A stretch of DNA of 64,000 nt, taken from contig NC_090377.1 of assembly GCF_036365525.1 (NCBI RefSeq), positions 101,908,923-101,972,922 on the forward strand, read 5' to 3'. This stretch comes from Heterodontus francisci (Eukaryota). The translations under genes were made by a program, and so were the position numbers. Positions 39,690 through 50,056 of this stretch are shown here, piece after piece (within the stretch, counting starts at the first letter, position 1; every line of letters starts with the position of its first letter). The notes beneath the pieces are model-generated. The model was not told where the DNA came from. It saw only the letters and a program-made list of their open reading frames with translations, and did no database searches.

Positions 39690-41098
39690 TCAAGGACAAA
39701 ATCTATTTGGTTGGAATTTAGAAACAATTGAGGTAACATTACAATATTGAGTGTATTCTACAGGCCAACAACCCATGACAAAGATAAAGAGGAGCATATT
39801 TGCAGGGAAATTACAGACAGCAGCAAAAACTATAGAGTAGTGATAATGGGGGACTTGAATTATCCTTAAATATATAAAATGGGATAGTAAAAGTGTAAAG
39901 GGCCGAGAGGGGTAAGAGTTTCTGAAGTGTGCTCAGGAGAATTGCTAGATCTGATTCTGAGGAATGAGGTGCATCAAGTGGATCAGTAGGGGAATATTTA
40001 TTAAATAGTGATCATAGTATCATAATGTTTAGGTTAGTTATGGAAAAGAACAAGGAGCAATCCAGGATAAAAATACTTAATTGGAGGATGGCTAATTTCA
40101 ATGGAGTGAGAACCGATCTGTCCCAGGTAAATTGGAATAAAATTATTCCAGTAATGGAATAATGGTCTGCATTTAAAGAGGAGATGGTTCAGGTACAGTC
40201 AAGGTACATTCCCATGAGATGGAAAGGTAGGACAACCAAAGCAAGAGCTCCCTGATGATGGAAGAGATAGGTAGTAAGTTGAAGCAGAAAAAGGGTGCGT
40301 TTGACAAATGCCAGGTACATAGAACGTACAGAGGGGAAGTGAAAAAGGAAATAAGAGAGACAAAGAGAGTGTGTGAGAGGAAACTGGTAGCAAACATAAA
40401 AGGGAATCCAAAAGTCTTCTAAAGGCATATAAATAGTACAAGGGTAGTTACAGGAGGAGTGGCGCCAATTAGAGACTGAAAAAGGGGAGCTACGAATGGA
40501 GGCAGAGGGCATGGCTGAGGTACTAAATAAATATTTTGCATCTGTCTTTACCAAGGAAGAAGATGCTCCCGAAGTCATAGTGAAAGAGGAGGTAGCTAAG
40601 ATACTGGTTGGGCTAAAAATTAATATGGAGGAGGTATTAGAAAGGCTGGCTGAACTTAAAGTTGATAGGATACTGAGGGAAATACAGGTAGAAATAGTGG
40701 AGGCACTAATTCAGGTGTGGTGCCAGAGGACTGGAAAATTGCAAATGTTACACCCTTGTTCAAAAAAGGGTGTAAGGATGAACACAGCAACACCCAGCCA
40801 GTCAGTTTAGCCTCATTGGAAAGCTTTTAGAAACAATAATCCAGGACAAAATTAACAGTCGCTTGGACAAGTTCAGGTTAATTAAGGAAAGTCAGCACGG
40901 ATTTGTTAAAGGCAAATCATGTTTAACGAACTTGATTGAGTTTATTGATGGGTAAGTACCTGAAGAGAAAAATATTGCAGGGCTACAGAGAAAGGGCACG
41001 GGAGTGGGACTAGCTGATTTATTCTTGCAGGGAGTCAGCACAGACATGACGGGCTGAATGGCCTCCATCTGTGCACTAAACATTCTATGATTCTATGA
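39690..41098 (+). mobile_element. Second CR1 LINE (APE to early RT, then jump to 3' UTR)
   Basis: Paralogous to 37490-38870; ends with ATTCTATGATTCTATGA tail. Confidence 0.88.
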
Positions 41099-41205
41099 AA
41101 GGTCGCCAACCTGACATGTTAACCTTTCCCACAGATGCTGCCTGACGAGCTGAGTGCTTCCAACATTTTCTGTTTTTATTTCAAATTTCCAGCATCCTCT
41201 GTACT
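41095..41205 (+). mobile_element. Penelope-like terminal repeat fragment
   Basis: cacagatgctgcctgac...ttttatttcaaatttccagcatc family motif. Confidence 0.7.
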
Positions 41206-41804
41206 TTTGAGTCCAATGCTGTACTCACTACACAGCCACACATGCGCACTTTCCAGGGTTCACTGTACAGTAATTGGGAACAGAACTTTGGCCAATTATT
41301 CTGTCTTAAATCCAGTGGAGATTAGGCCAGCTGTAGCTTCACTGCCTCTACCCCTAGCTCATTCTGAATGGGTCAAGACTCACATCTGGGATCTCTGGTT
41401 TTTATGGTTTTGTTACACATTACTTTTACCGAGCTATTGGGCGCATGAAACAGTTTCATTGAAGACTAATAGATTTCCCATTGGATTGCTCAGGGACAAT
41501 AAATGGCTTGCAGTGAGGCCTCTTATGTTTACTGTGGATGGACTGCATCTTAAACGAAATAGCTGTTTTCCTATTACTGTGATACAATTTTTCGAAAGAA
41601 ATACATCAATAATTGTAAAAATATTGCATAGTTTAGTGATGTGGAAACATCTGGGTCTGACAGTCATATGTTTGTTCTAATATTTGTCCAGCACTTTACA
41701 AAACCTGAAGATACAAATACATGTATTCTCCCTTCCAAAATCCTTTTCATTCTCAGTTACTTGCATCATGATTTTATTGTTGTACTAGTCACAATCAATT
41801 TAAA

Positions 41805-42580
41805 GGGCTGGATTTTAAAGGCTCTCTGACGTCAGGAACAGTGGTGGTGTGGGGTGGGGGGAATGAAGATAGCAACGGCGGAGGCCCGCCACTGATCCCG
41901 ATGCTGGCAGGCCCCAGACTGATCTCGGCGACGGCGGCAAGGCCTCGTGGCGGCCGCCCTGCCGCTCGGTGACGGGACCACGATTCCCATATTGAAATTA
42001 ATTTACCTACCTGAATTAATGAAGGTCTTGTCGCCTCCTTATTCGCCGCACCAATCTTCGTTCGGGCGGCCGACAATGCCGCGCCTTTGAATCCCCGTTC
42101 GGGGAAACAAGGCACAACACCTGCGAGGGGGTGGGGGAGGTGATTTTCTCTGTGTGGGAGAGGGGAAGTGGGGTTAAAAGGCTTCGGATTGGTTGGGGAG
42201 GGGTGATGGAAGGGGTCAAGGACAAGGTTCTTAAATCTGGTGGGGGGGGGGGGGATGCTGAGGTCAATTTTGCACGGTAAGTATTCCGGGGAAGGTGGAA
42301 AGGGCAGGAATGATGTGCAATGCCATTTGGGGCGGGGGGGTAGGAGAGGGCATGGAAAGCTTATTTTATTCATTTTTAAAAACCTAAAAGTCACTGTATC
42401 TTTAAAATTTAAATGCTGGTTGAGGGCTGTAAGCCCTTTAAAAATAGCACCGTGCCTGCGCATTGGAGCTGGACGCCCTCTCCACGTCATGACGGCACCG
42501 TGACGTGGGCTCTGTGTGTGTGGGCAGCAAAGTTTTCCGCCTGACGCCTATTTTGGCGGCGGGCTTTTAAAATGCAGCCC
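41805..42580. mobile_element. PIF/Harbinger-type MITE
   Basis: TIRs GGGCTGGATTTTAAAGGCTC / GGGCTTTTAAAATGCAGCCC (17/20 complementary); CpG-rich interior. Confidence 0.8.
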
Positions 42581-43084
42581 ATAGCATTTGTTTAAGATTT
42601 GGGTATTGTAGCAGGCTAAAAACAGCAAATCCCACAGTAAGTTTGGATTGGAAACTGGAACTCCCAAGATCCCAGATTCAAGCTGTGTGACTGAAGCAAA
42701 ACTCAAGTCAGGAGGCAGAGAGAGGTGGTCGGGGCAGGGGGAAGTGGGGAAAGGTGCCTGCAGAGGGGAAGGTCCTTCCTCACATTCCCAAAACAACAGT
42801 TCTAATTTTGTGGGTAAATGTAGTGATTTCCTCCCCCTATAATTATGCAATTGTTTATCTATGTTATAAATGTTATTTTTAGCTGTACAGACTGACCTGA
42901 GGGAAGAAAGAAAATGGAGTCTAGTTTGTAGAAATAATTTCATTTGATTGATAGGTTTTGTGGTAATTAGTTTGTGATTCCTGATTGGAAATGCTAGCCA
43001 TCAGATATTTGAACAACTCTAAATGGTTAACTGAACAGATCGTGGTTACTTAAGCCAAGTATTAAGATATGTGGAAACACTCTT

Positions 43085-43779
43085 CAAGCTGGATTAAATG
43101 ACCGAGGCAGCGCCCCCTCCCCCCACCAAATCACGTGGAGGGGATGGGCCGTCCATTGCTGGCAATGCCATCAGCTGCCTGTGCACAGGTGCTGGCGCCT
43201 TTTTTTTTTAAAGGGCAGCCAGCCCTGCCGGCACATTTAAATTTTTAAATTAGTAAGCCCCCAAAATTAAATAAATAAACTTATAACACCCCTTTCCCAC
43301 CCCTCCAATGACAATTACAGTAACTATTTGCCCTTCCTCCCCCCCCCAAAAAAACACTTACCTTTTACATCTGACTTTCCTCCCCAATCTGCACGAAGTT
43401 TAAAGGTCAACCCTTTCCACCAACCCCGACACCCATTACGTTTATTTGACCCCATCCCCCGACCCTGCACTGAAAATCTGACCTCCTTCTCCCCTCCCCA
43501 CCAGTGTGGCACAGCGTTTCCTCAGATGGGGATTTGAAGGCACAGGCCCTCAAGATTGCAGGTAAGTCTATTTAAATGTATACATTTTATTGATTGGAAT
43601 ACTTTAATTGAGGTCTTGTTGTCCAGCGGCGGGGGTCTGCCACGGAGCCTTGCCACCGCCAGGAGGATCAGGTTGGGCCCTCATGGTGTGGAGGTCTGTG
43701 GGAGGCCTCATCCGGCGCCATTTTCAGGCCCCCGCCCCACCACGGAACCCAACACCTGGGGGAGAACAAAATCCAGCCC
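43085..43779. mobile_element. Related MITE in opposite orientation
   Basis: Right TIR AAAATCCAGCCC; interior tttaaagggcagccagccctg..catttaaattttt resembles the reverse complement of 42400-42445. Confidence 0.65.
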
Positions 43780-44258
43780 TTTGTATCTCTTTGCTCCCAC
43801 AGAATTACAAGATACCCAAGGATGAGGAAGGCCATTCAGTTCATCTTACTTCATCCATTGCTACATATAGTTGTCTTTTGAATGGTTCCTGGGTTCTCAT
43901 CTCCACCACTGAGCCCGGAACTCTATTCCAAGTGTTGATCACTTTCTGCATGAAGAATCTCCTGATATCAATCCCAAAGTTATCTTTTAGTACTTTGAAA
44001 CTGTATCCCCTTGCCTTACTCCCTGAGTATAATTTAAACTAGTATTTCAGATTACCTTTTTACATCATGCACTGAATGTCTCGCTCTATAATGTCACCTC
44101 TCGGAGGCCTCTGTTCCAGGCTGAGAAATTTTAGTTTCCCTAGCCTTTTTTTCCTAACTCAGATCCCCGGAACTGGGGATCAGCATTATGACTTGACTCT
44201 GCACTGCTTCCAGTGACGCATGTGTCCCTTGTTTCTTGGGACAAAACCTGGACACAAT

Positions 44259-45131
44259 GGGGTAGAGTTTCCGCTTTGGGCGCAATCAGCAATCTGGATG
44301 CAAATTGCACTCAAAATTGCATTCGTTTTGAGAAGTTTTTTTTTCTCTCAAGTTTCCACACAAACACATTTGTATATCGTGGAACATAAAATCTGCCATG
44401 TGCCACTGCAATCGGGCAGTGTTTTAGAACTTTTTTTAAAATTTTGCTTTAGAAAATATTTCTTGATATATTTAAGAATGGTAACTTGCTGTGGTTTGAT
44501 TAATACAGCTGAAAATGGGTTTATAACAAAATATAAGCATTATTTAATCAGTGTCTGGGTCCACCACCTGTGAGTAATCCAATTTTAAATAACTGAAAAC
44601 TTAAATAACTGAAACAACTGGAACAGAACAAAAGCAAAATACTGGAGATGCTGGAAATCTGAAATAAAAACAAGAAATACTGGAAATACTCAGCAGGTCC
44701 AGCAGCATCTGTGGAGAGAGAAGCAGAGTTAACGTTTCAGGTCAGTGTCTTGTTTTTATTTGTACAGAACCGTTTGAGTTATATTGGTATACATAAATCA
44801 GACGGTTAGTAAATTTAAAAATATATTCAAAACTTTTAGAACATGCCTATTAGTGTCCTTGTGCCCAAAAGGACAAGCTTAATTTTAGGAGCCTTCTTGA
44901 AGGCCTGCAACTAGCACAATTAGTTGAAATTCGCTATTGTGATTAATTCAATCTGGGGACACGGCCCGTTCTGAGGGCTGGACCTGCTTCCAGCACAATG
45001 TTTTTAAGTTAGCTCAAAAGATTGAAAAAACTCAATTTGCACTAGGCATAACTTTGGTTTGACATTCCACGCTCTTTTGCACGGTTTGGCCAATTTTGAG
45101 CAAAAGTGCGACCTAGCAGAAACTCCAAGCC
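44259..45131. mobile_element. Non-autonomous DNA transposon with imperfect TIRs, containing a Penelope fragment (44627-44763)
   Basis: Ends ggggtagagtttccgct / agcagaaactccaagcc interrupt CR1-like ggacacaat...agtattcaag. Confidence 0.55.
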
Positions 45132-45167
45132 AGTATTCAAGATGCAGTCTGACCAAAGAATGACTGT

Positions 45168-45266
45168 TCCGAAGAAGGGTCGCTGACCCGAAACGTTAAC
45201 TCTGCTTCTCTTTCCACAGATGCTGCCAGACCTGCTGAGTGATTCCAGCATTTCTTGTTTTTGTGT
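45168..45266 (+). mobile_element. 99-bp Penelope-derived hammerhead unit flanked by a 14-bp direct repeat
   Basis: CAAAGAATGACTGT at 45154-45167 and 45267-45280; insert begins at tCCGAAGA-a-GGGTC..GACCC-GAAACGTT. Confidence 0.8.
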
Positions 45267-45725
45267 CAAAGAATGACTGTGCCTGACTTATAGTCTACTA
45301 TTCTGGTTATGTAGTTCAACATTGCTTTGGTTTGTTGACCTTTGCATGTCATTGGCTCGACACGTTGAGTCTACTAAGGCTCCTAGGTGTCTTTCAACTT
45401 ATTTCTTAGCTTTTTCAACACTATTAATAAAGTATGCATGTTACCTATTTTTCCTTCCTATGTGCAATAGTTTCATTATTGGCCAACTCATATTTTGTTT
45501 CTGGGCTTCCTCTTTTTATTTTGTAGCCCCTCCAAGTTTGATATCATCTGGAAATTTAACCAATTTGCATTGAGTTTCTGAATCCAAGTCATCGATGTTA
45601 ATTATAAACAATGGTGGTGCCAAAACTGAGTCCTGCAGCAACCCACTCAGTATTTCTTCTTACCTGACATTAATCCCCCTAACTAGTACCTGTTGTTTGC
45701 TAACCTTTAGCCAGTTTCCATTCCC

Positions 45726-47922
45726 TGATTATTTCAGGGGTAATGCCATCCTCCCCAGGGACTTTTGCACTGGCGAGAGAATCAATGGCATCACTGAGTT
45801 CCGATTTTGTTGGCTGTTTGTCCAGCTTATCCATGACTGGCAGAGACTGGGCTGCATTGAGGGCGGTCTCAGTGACAACATTTTCCCTGGAGTACAGTTC
45901 TAGGTAGTGCTCCACCCAGCGGTCTATTTGCTTGCATTGGTCAGTGATTGTGTCCCTGATTTAGACTTGAGGGGGGCGATCTTCCTGATGGTTGGCCTAA
46001 AAGCTCTCTTAATGCCATCATACATTCCTCTGATGTTTCCTGTGTCGGAGGCCAGCTGAATACGACTGCATAGGTGTTGCCAGTAGTCATTTGCGCAGCG
46101 CCTTGCTGTTCTTTGTGCAGCGCTTCTGGCTACTTTAAGTGCTACAGATGTTAGCTTGCTGGGGTCTTTCTTGTGGTTCAACAAAAGCCCCTGGGAAGGA
46201 CGGCATTACCCCCGAAATAATCAAGAGTGCCAAGCCTGCTATACTCTCAGCACTCTACGAACTGCTTTTCCTGTGCTGGGATGAGGGAGCAGTACCACAG
46301 GACATGCGCGATGCCAATATCATCACCCTCTATAAGAACGAGGGTGACCGCGGTGACCGCAACAACTACCTGTGGAATCTCCCTGCTCAGCATAGTGGGG
46401 AAAGTCTTTGCTCGAGTCACTTTAAACAGGCTCCAGAAGCTGGCTGAGCATGTCGACCCTGAGGCACATTGTGGCTTTCGAGCAGAGAGATCCACCATTG
46501 ACATGTTGTTCTCCCTTCGCGAGCTACAGGAGAAATGCCACGAACAACAGATGCCCCTCTACGTTGCTTTCATAGATCTCACCAAAGCCTTTGACCTCGT
46601 CAGCAGACGTGGTCTCTTCAGACTACTAGCAAAGATCTGATGTCCACCAAAGCTACTAAGTATCATCACCTCATTCCATGAGGATATGAAAGGCACAATT
46701 AAGGATAGCAGTGCCTCATCAGACCCCTTTCCTATCCTGAGTGGCGTGAAACAGGGCTGTGTTCTCGCACCTACACTGTTTGGGATCTTCTTCTCCCTGC
46801 TGCTCTCACACGCATTCAGGTCTTCAGAAGAAGGAATTTTCCTCCACACAAGATCAGGTGGCAGGTTGTTCAACCTTGCCCGTCTAAGAGCGAAGACCAA
46901 AGTACGGAAAGTCCTCATCAGGGAACTCCTCTTTGCTGACGATGCTGCATTAACATCCCACACTGAAGAGTGTCTGCAGAGACTCATCGACAGGATTGTG
47001 GCTGCCTGCAACGAATTTGGCCTAACCATCAGCCTCAAGAAAACAAACATCATGGGACAGGACGTCAGAAATGCTCCATCCATCAATATCGGCAAACATG
47101 GTGGTTCAGGAGTTCACCTACCTAGGCTCAACTATCACCAGTAACCTGTCTCTCGATGCAGAAATCAACAAGCACATGGGAAAGGCGTCCACCGCTATGT
47201 CCAGACTGGCCAAGAGAGCGTGGGAAAATAGCACACTGACACGGAACACAAAAGTCCGAGTGTATCAAGGCTGTGTCCTCAGTACCTTGCTCTACGGCAG
47301 CGAGGCCTGGTCGACGTATGTGAGCCAAGAACGACGTCGCAATTCATTCCATTTTCACTGCCTCCGGAGAATCCTTGGCATCAGGTGGCATGACCGTATT
47401 TCCAACACAGAAGTCCTTGAGGCGGCCAACATCCCCAGCATATACACCCTACTGAGCCAGCAGTGCTTGAGGTGGCTTGGCCATGTGAGCCGCATGGAAG
47501 ATGGCAGGATCCCCAAGGACGCATTGTACAGCGCGCTCGTCACTGGCATCAGACCCACCGGCCGTCCATGTCTTCACTTTAAAGACGTCTGCAAACACGA
47601 CATGAAGTCCTGTGACATTGATCACAAGTCGTGGGAGTCAGTTGCCAGTGATCGTCAGAGCTGGCGGACAGCCATAAAGGTGGCGCTAAAGTGTGGCGAG
47701 TCGAAGAGACTTCGCTGTTGGCAGGAAAAAAGACAGAAGTGCAAGGGGAGAGCCAACTGTGTAACAGCCCCGACAACCAATTTTATCTGCAGCACCTGTG
47801 GAAGAGTCTGTCACTCTAGAATTAGCCTTTATAGCCACTCCAGGCGCTGCTCCACAAACCACTGACCATCTCCAGGCACTTACTCATTGTCTCTCGAGAC
47901 AAGGAGGCCAAAGAAAGAAAGA
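45726..47922 (+). mobile_element. RTE-clade LINE, 5'-truncated with inverted 5' segment (45726-46183 minus; 46184-47922 plus)
   Basis: RT motifs FIDLTKAFD, GVKQGCVLAP, LLFADD; C-terminal CSTCGRVCHSRISLYSH; (GAAA)n tail; both segments match 61090-63243. Confidence 0.93.
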
Positions 47923-48187
47923 ATTCCTGATTCCTCACAACTTTGAGCTTAGTTAGTAATCATTTGTGTGGGCTTTATCAAATGCTTTTTGGAAGTCTGA
48001 GTTCATAATGCTTACTGCAGTTCACTTACATTGTCACTTCAAAGAAATTGAGGAGGCTGGTCAGGGTGTGGTGACTGTTGTTTACAAGCTTGTTATTACA
48101 CAGATAATTCTGATGTTTACTCTTGGTAATCAAATATGTTGTTTTACATTGAATAGAGGTACAATTAATGAGTTTGTGGTTGCCAGT

Positions 48188-48375
48188 AATAAAAACAGAA
48201 AAAGCTTGAAATACTCAGCAGGTCTGGCAACATCTGTGGAGAGGGAAAGTGTTAACATTTCAGGTTGATGATCTTTTTTCAGAACTGGAAAAATGTTATA
48301 GATGTAACAGGTTTTGATCAAGTTAAGAGGCAGGGAAGGGGAGAGGAAGAATGAAAGGGAAGGTCTGTGATAGAG
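48188..48375 (-). mobile_element. Penelope-like terminal repeat fragment
   Basis: aataaaaacagaaaaagcttgaaatactcagcaggtctggc; degenerate core CTGAAAA on the minus strand. Confidence 0.7.
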
Positions 48376-48444
48376 TGAATATCTCCTGCCTCCCACCAGA
48401 GTCATGCATACACACCCAATGTTGAGGTCGTGCATGCACCTAGT

Positions 48445-48870
48445 TGGAGGGGAAAGAGGGAAGATCAGAGAGGAAAGGGGAGATCAGAGAGGAGAGGGGA
48501 GATCAGAGAGGAGAGGGGAGATCAGTGAGGAGAGGGGAGATCAGAGGGAAGAGAGGAGATCGGAGGGAAGAGAGGAGATCGGAGGGAAGAGAGGAGATTG
48601 GAGGGAAGAGAGGAGATCAGAGGGGAGAGGGAGATTGGGAGGAGATGGGGGGTGGTCATAAAGGAACACAGGAGATCGGAGAGAAGAGAGATCGGAGGGA
48701 AGAGAGATCAGAGGGACGAGAGGAGATCAGAGGGATGAGAGGAGATCATATGGAAGGGAGGAGATTGGAGGAGACAGAGGAGATCAGAGGGGAGAAGAGA
48801 GGTGATCGGAGAGGGAAAGGACAGGAGATTGGAGGGGGTAAGAATAGGAGATCAGGGCAAGAGAGCTGAA
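48445..48870 (+). repeat. Purine-rich ~19-bp minisatellite (GAGGAGAGGGGAGATCAGA / GGGAAGAGAGGAGATCGGA)
   Basis: About 20 degenerate units with recurring GAGATC. Confidence 0.9.
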
Positions 48871-50056
48871 GTGAACAGGAGATTGGGGGGTGGGGGGACA
48901 GGAGATTGTGTGTGGGGGGGGGTGTGGGTTGGTGGTGTGGAATAGACGAGATCAGAGGAAAGAAGATCAGTAACTCGGAGGAGTAAAAAGAACAGTAAGG
49001 AGAGGGAGCATGCGATCCAGGTCCAACAAAAGGAGGGTGTGATCCAGATGGGAAGATGGATCACGTTCTCCTTGTTCTGATCACATTCTTCCCCCCTCCG
49101 CTTCCCCTTTACACCTGGTCCACATTGGTCCACGTTCTCCATCTCCTCACCCACTACAGACCTGGATCATGTTCTACCACCACCACCCCCTGTCATCCTC
49201 TTTACACCTGCACCACATTCTCCCTCTGTAGACCCGGATCACACTTTTGACCATGAACAACAGGGAGTTGATTTCTCAGAAAGCCCAGCTCATCCGTGGC
49301 AAGTGACATCATTGGACTGGATGCAGTCCAGAAGGCATCACACTGTCACTAATCACTTCCTAATGTAAAAGCTGACACTTCCCCAACCCCATGCTTTCGA
49401 CACAATAAACCTGTTAATAATCCGTTTCCCATAGACAATACCCCGTCAGTCACCATTGCTTCACCCAGGGTGTTCAATTTGATTGGCTGATTTATGGCAT
49501 TGTGGCTAATTCAGTTTTCGGTCGACCCATGATTTCACCCTATGCATTAGCTGGGCCACTCAATGACGTTCTCAGCGCATGCTAAAAATCTACTGCTCCG
49601 CTAATGATGTCACACTCAACCATTCACATTGAATGAAATGCTTCTCACTAAACCAAGCTGGCTGCTCAAATTATGTAAAATATTCAACGCTGTGGCTTTG
49701 TCAAATTCAGCCTCAGAGAAATGGCTACTGCACCCCGCATGATCTTGCATCACTCATTCAAGGTGCCCACAAGTCATTAGCACTGATGAACAGCTCAGTG
49801 GCTTGCAGTTATTGCCTGATGGGCACTATTGCTGATTCCTACAATCACTCTGCTGATTCAAACATAAAATACTGAAGATGCTGGTAATCTGATATAAAAT
49901 ACCGGAAACACGCAACAGATTTGTAAGCATTTATGAAAAGAGAAACAGAGAAAATAGTGGTCCTGATTTTAACTCACTCAAAACACATTTAATTACAGAG
50001 TGAAAATTAGCCCCAACGTTTCATGTTCTGATGAAAGGTCATCGAGCTGAAACATT

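Larger units (their letters stand above)
43800..48120 (-). mobile_element. Old CR1 LINE fragmented by nested insertions
   Basis: CR1-like segments at ~43800-44258, 45132-45720 and 47925-48120 (e.g. tttatcaaatgctttttggaagtc = DFQKAFDK on the minus strand). Confidence 0.65.

Noticed and set aside
41795-42503. 231-aa Pro-rich ORF on the minus strand
   Set aside because: Lies within a GC-rich MITE; no transposase or other domain motifs
48404-48869. Arg/Glu/Gly-rich ORFs (141 aa, 85 aa)
   Set aside because: Translation of the purine minisatellite; no evidence of coding
48445-48870. Possible CRISPR-like array
   Set aside because: Tandem units without unique spacers, eukaryotic context, no cas genes
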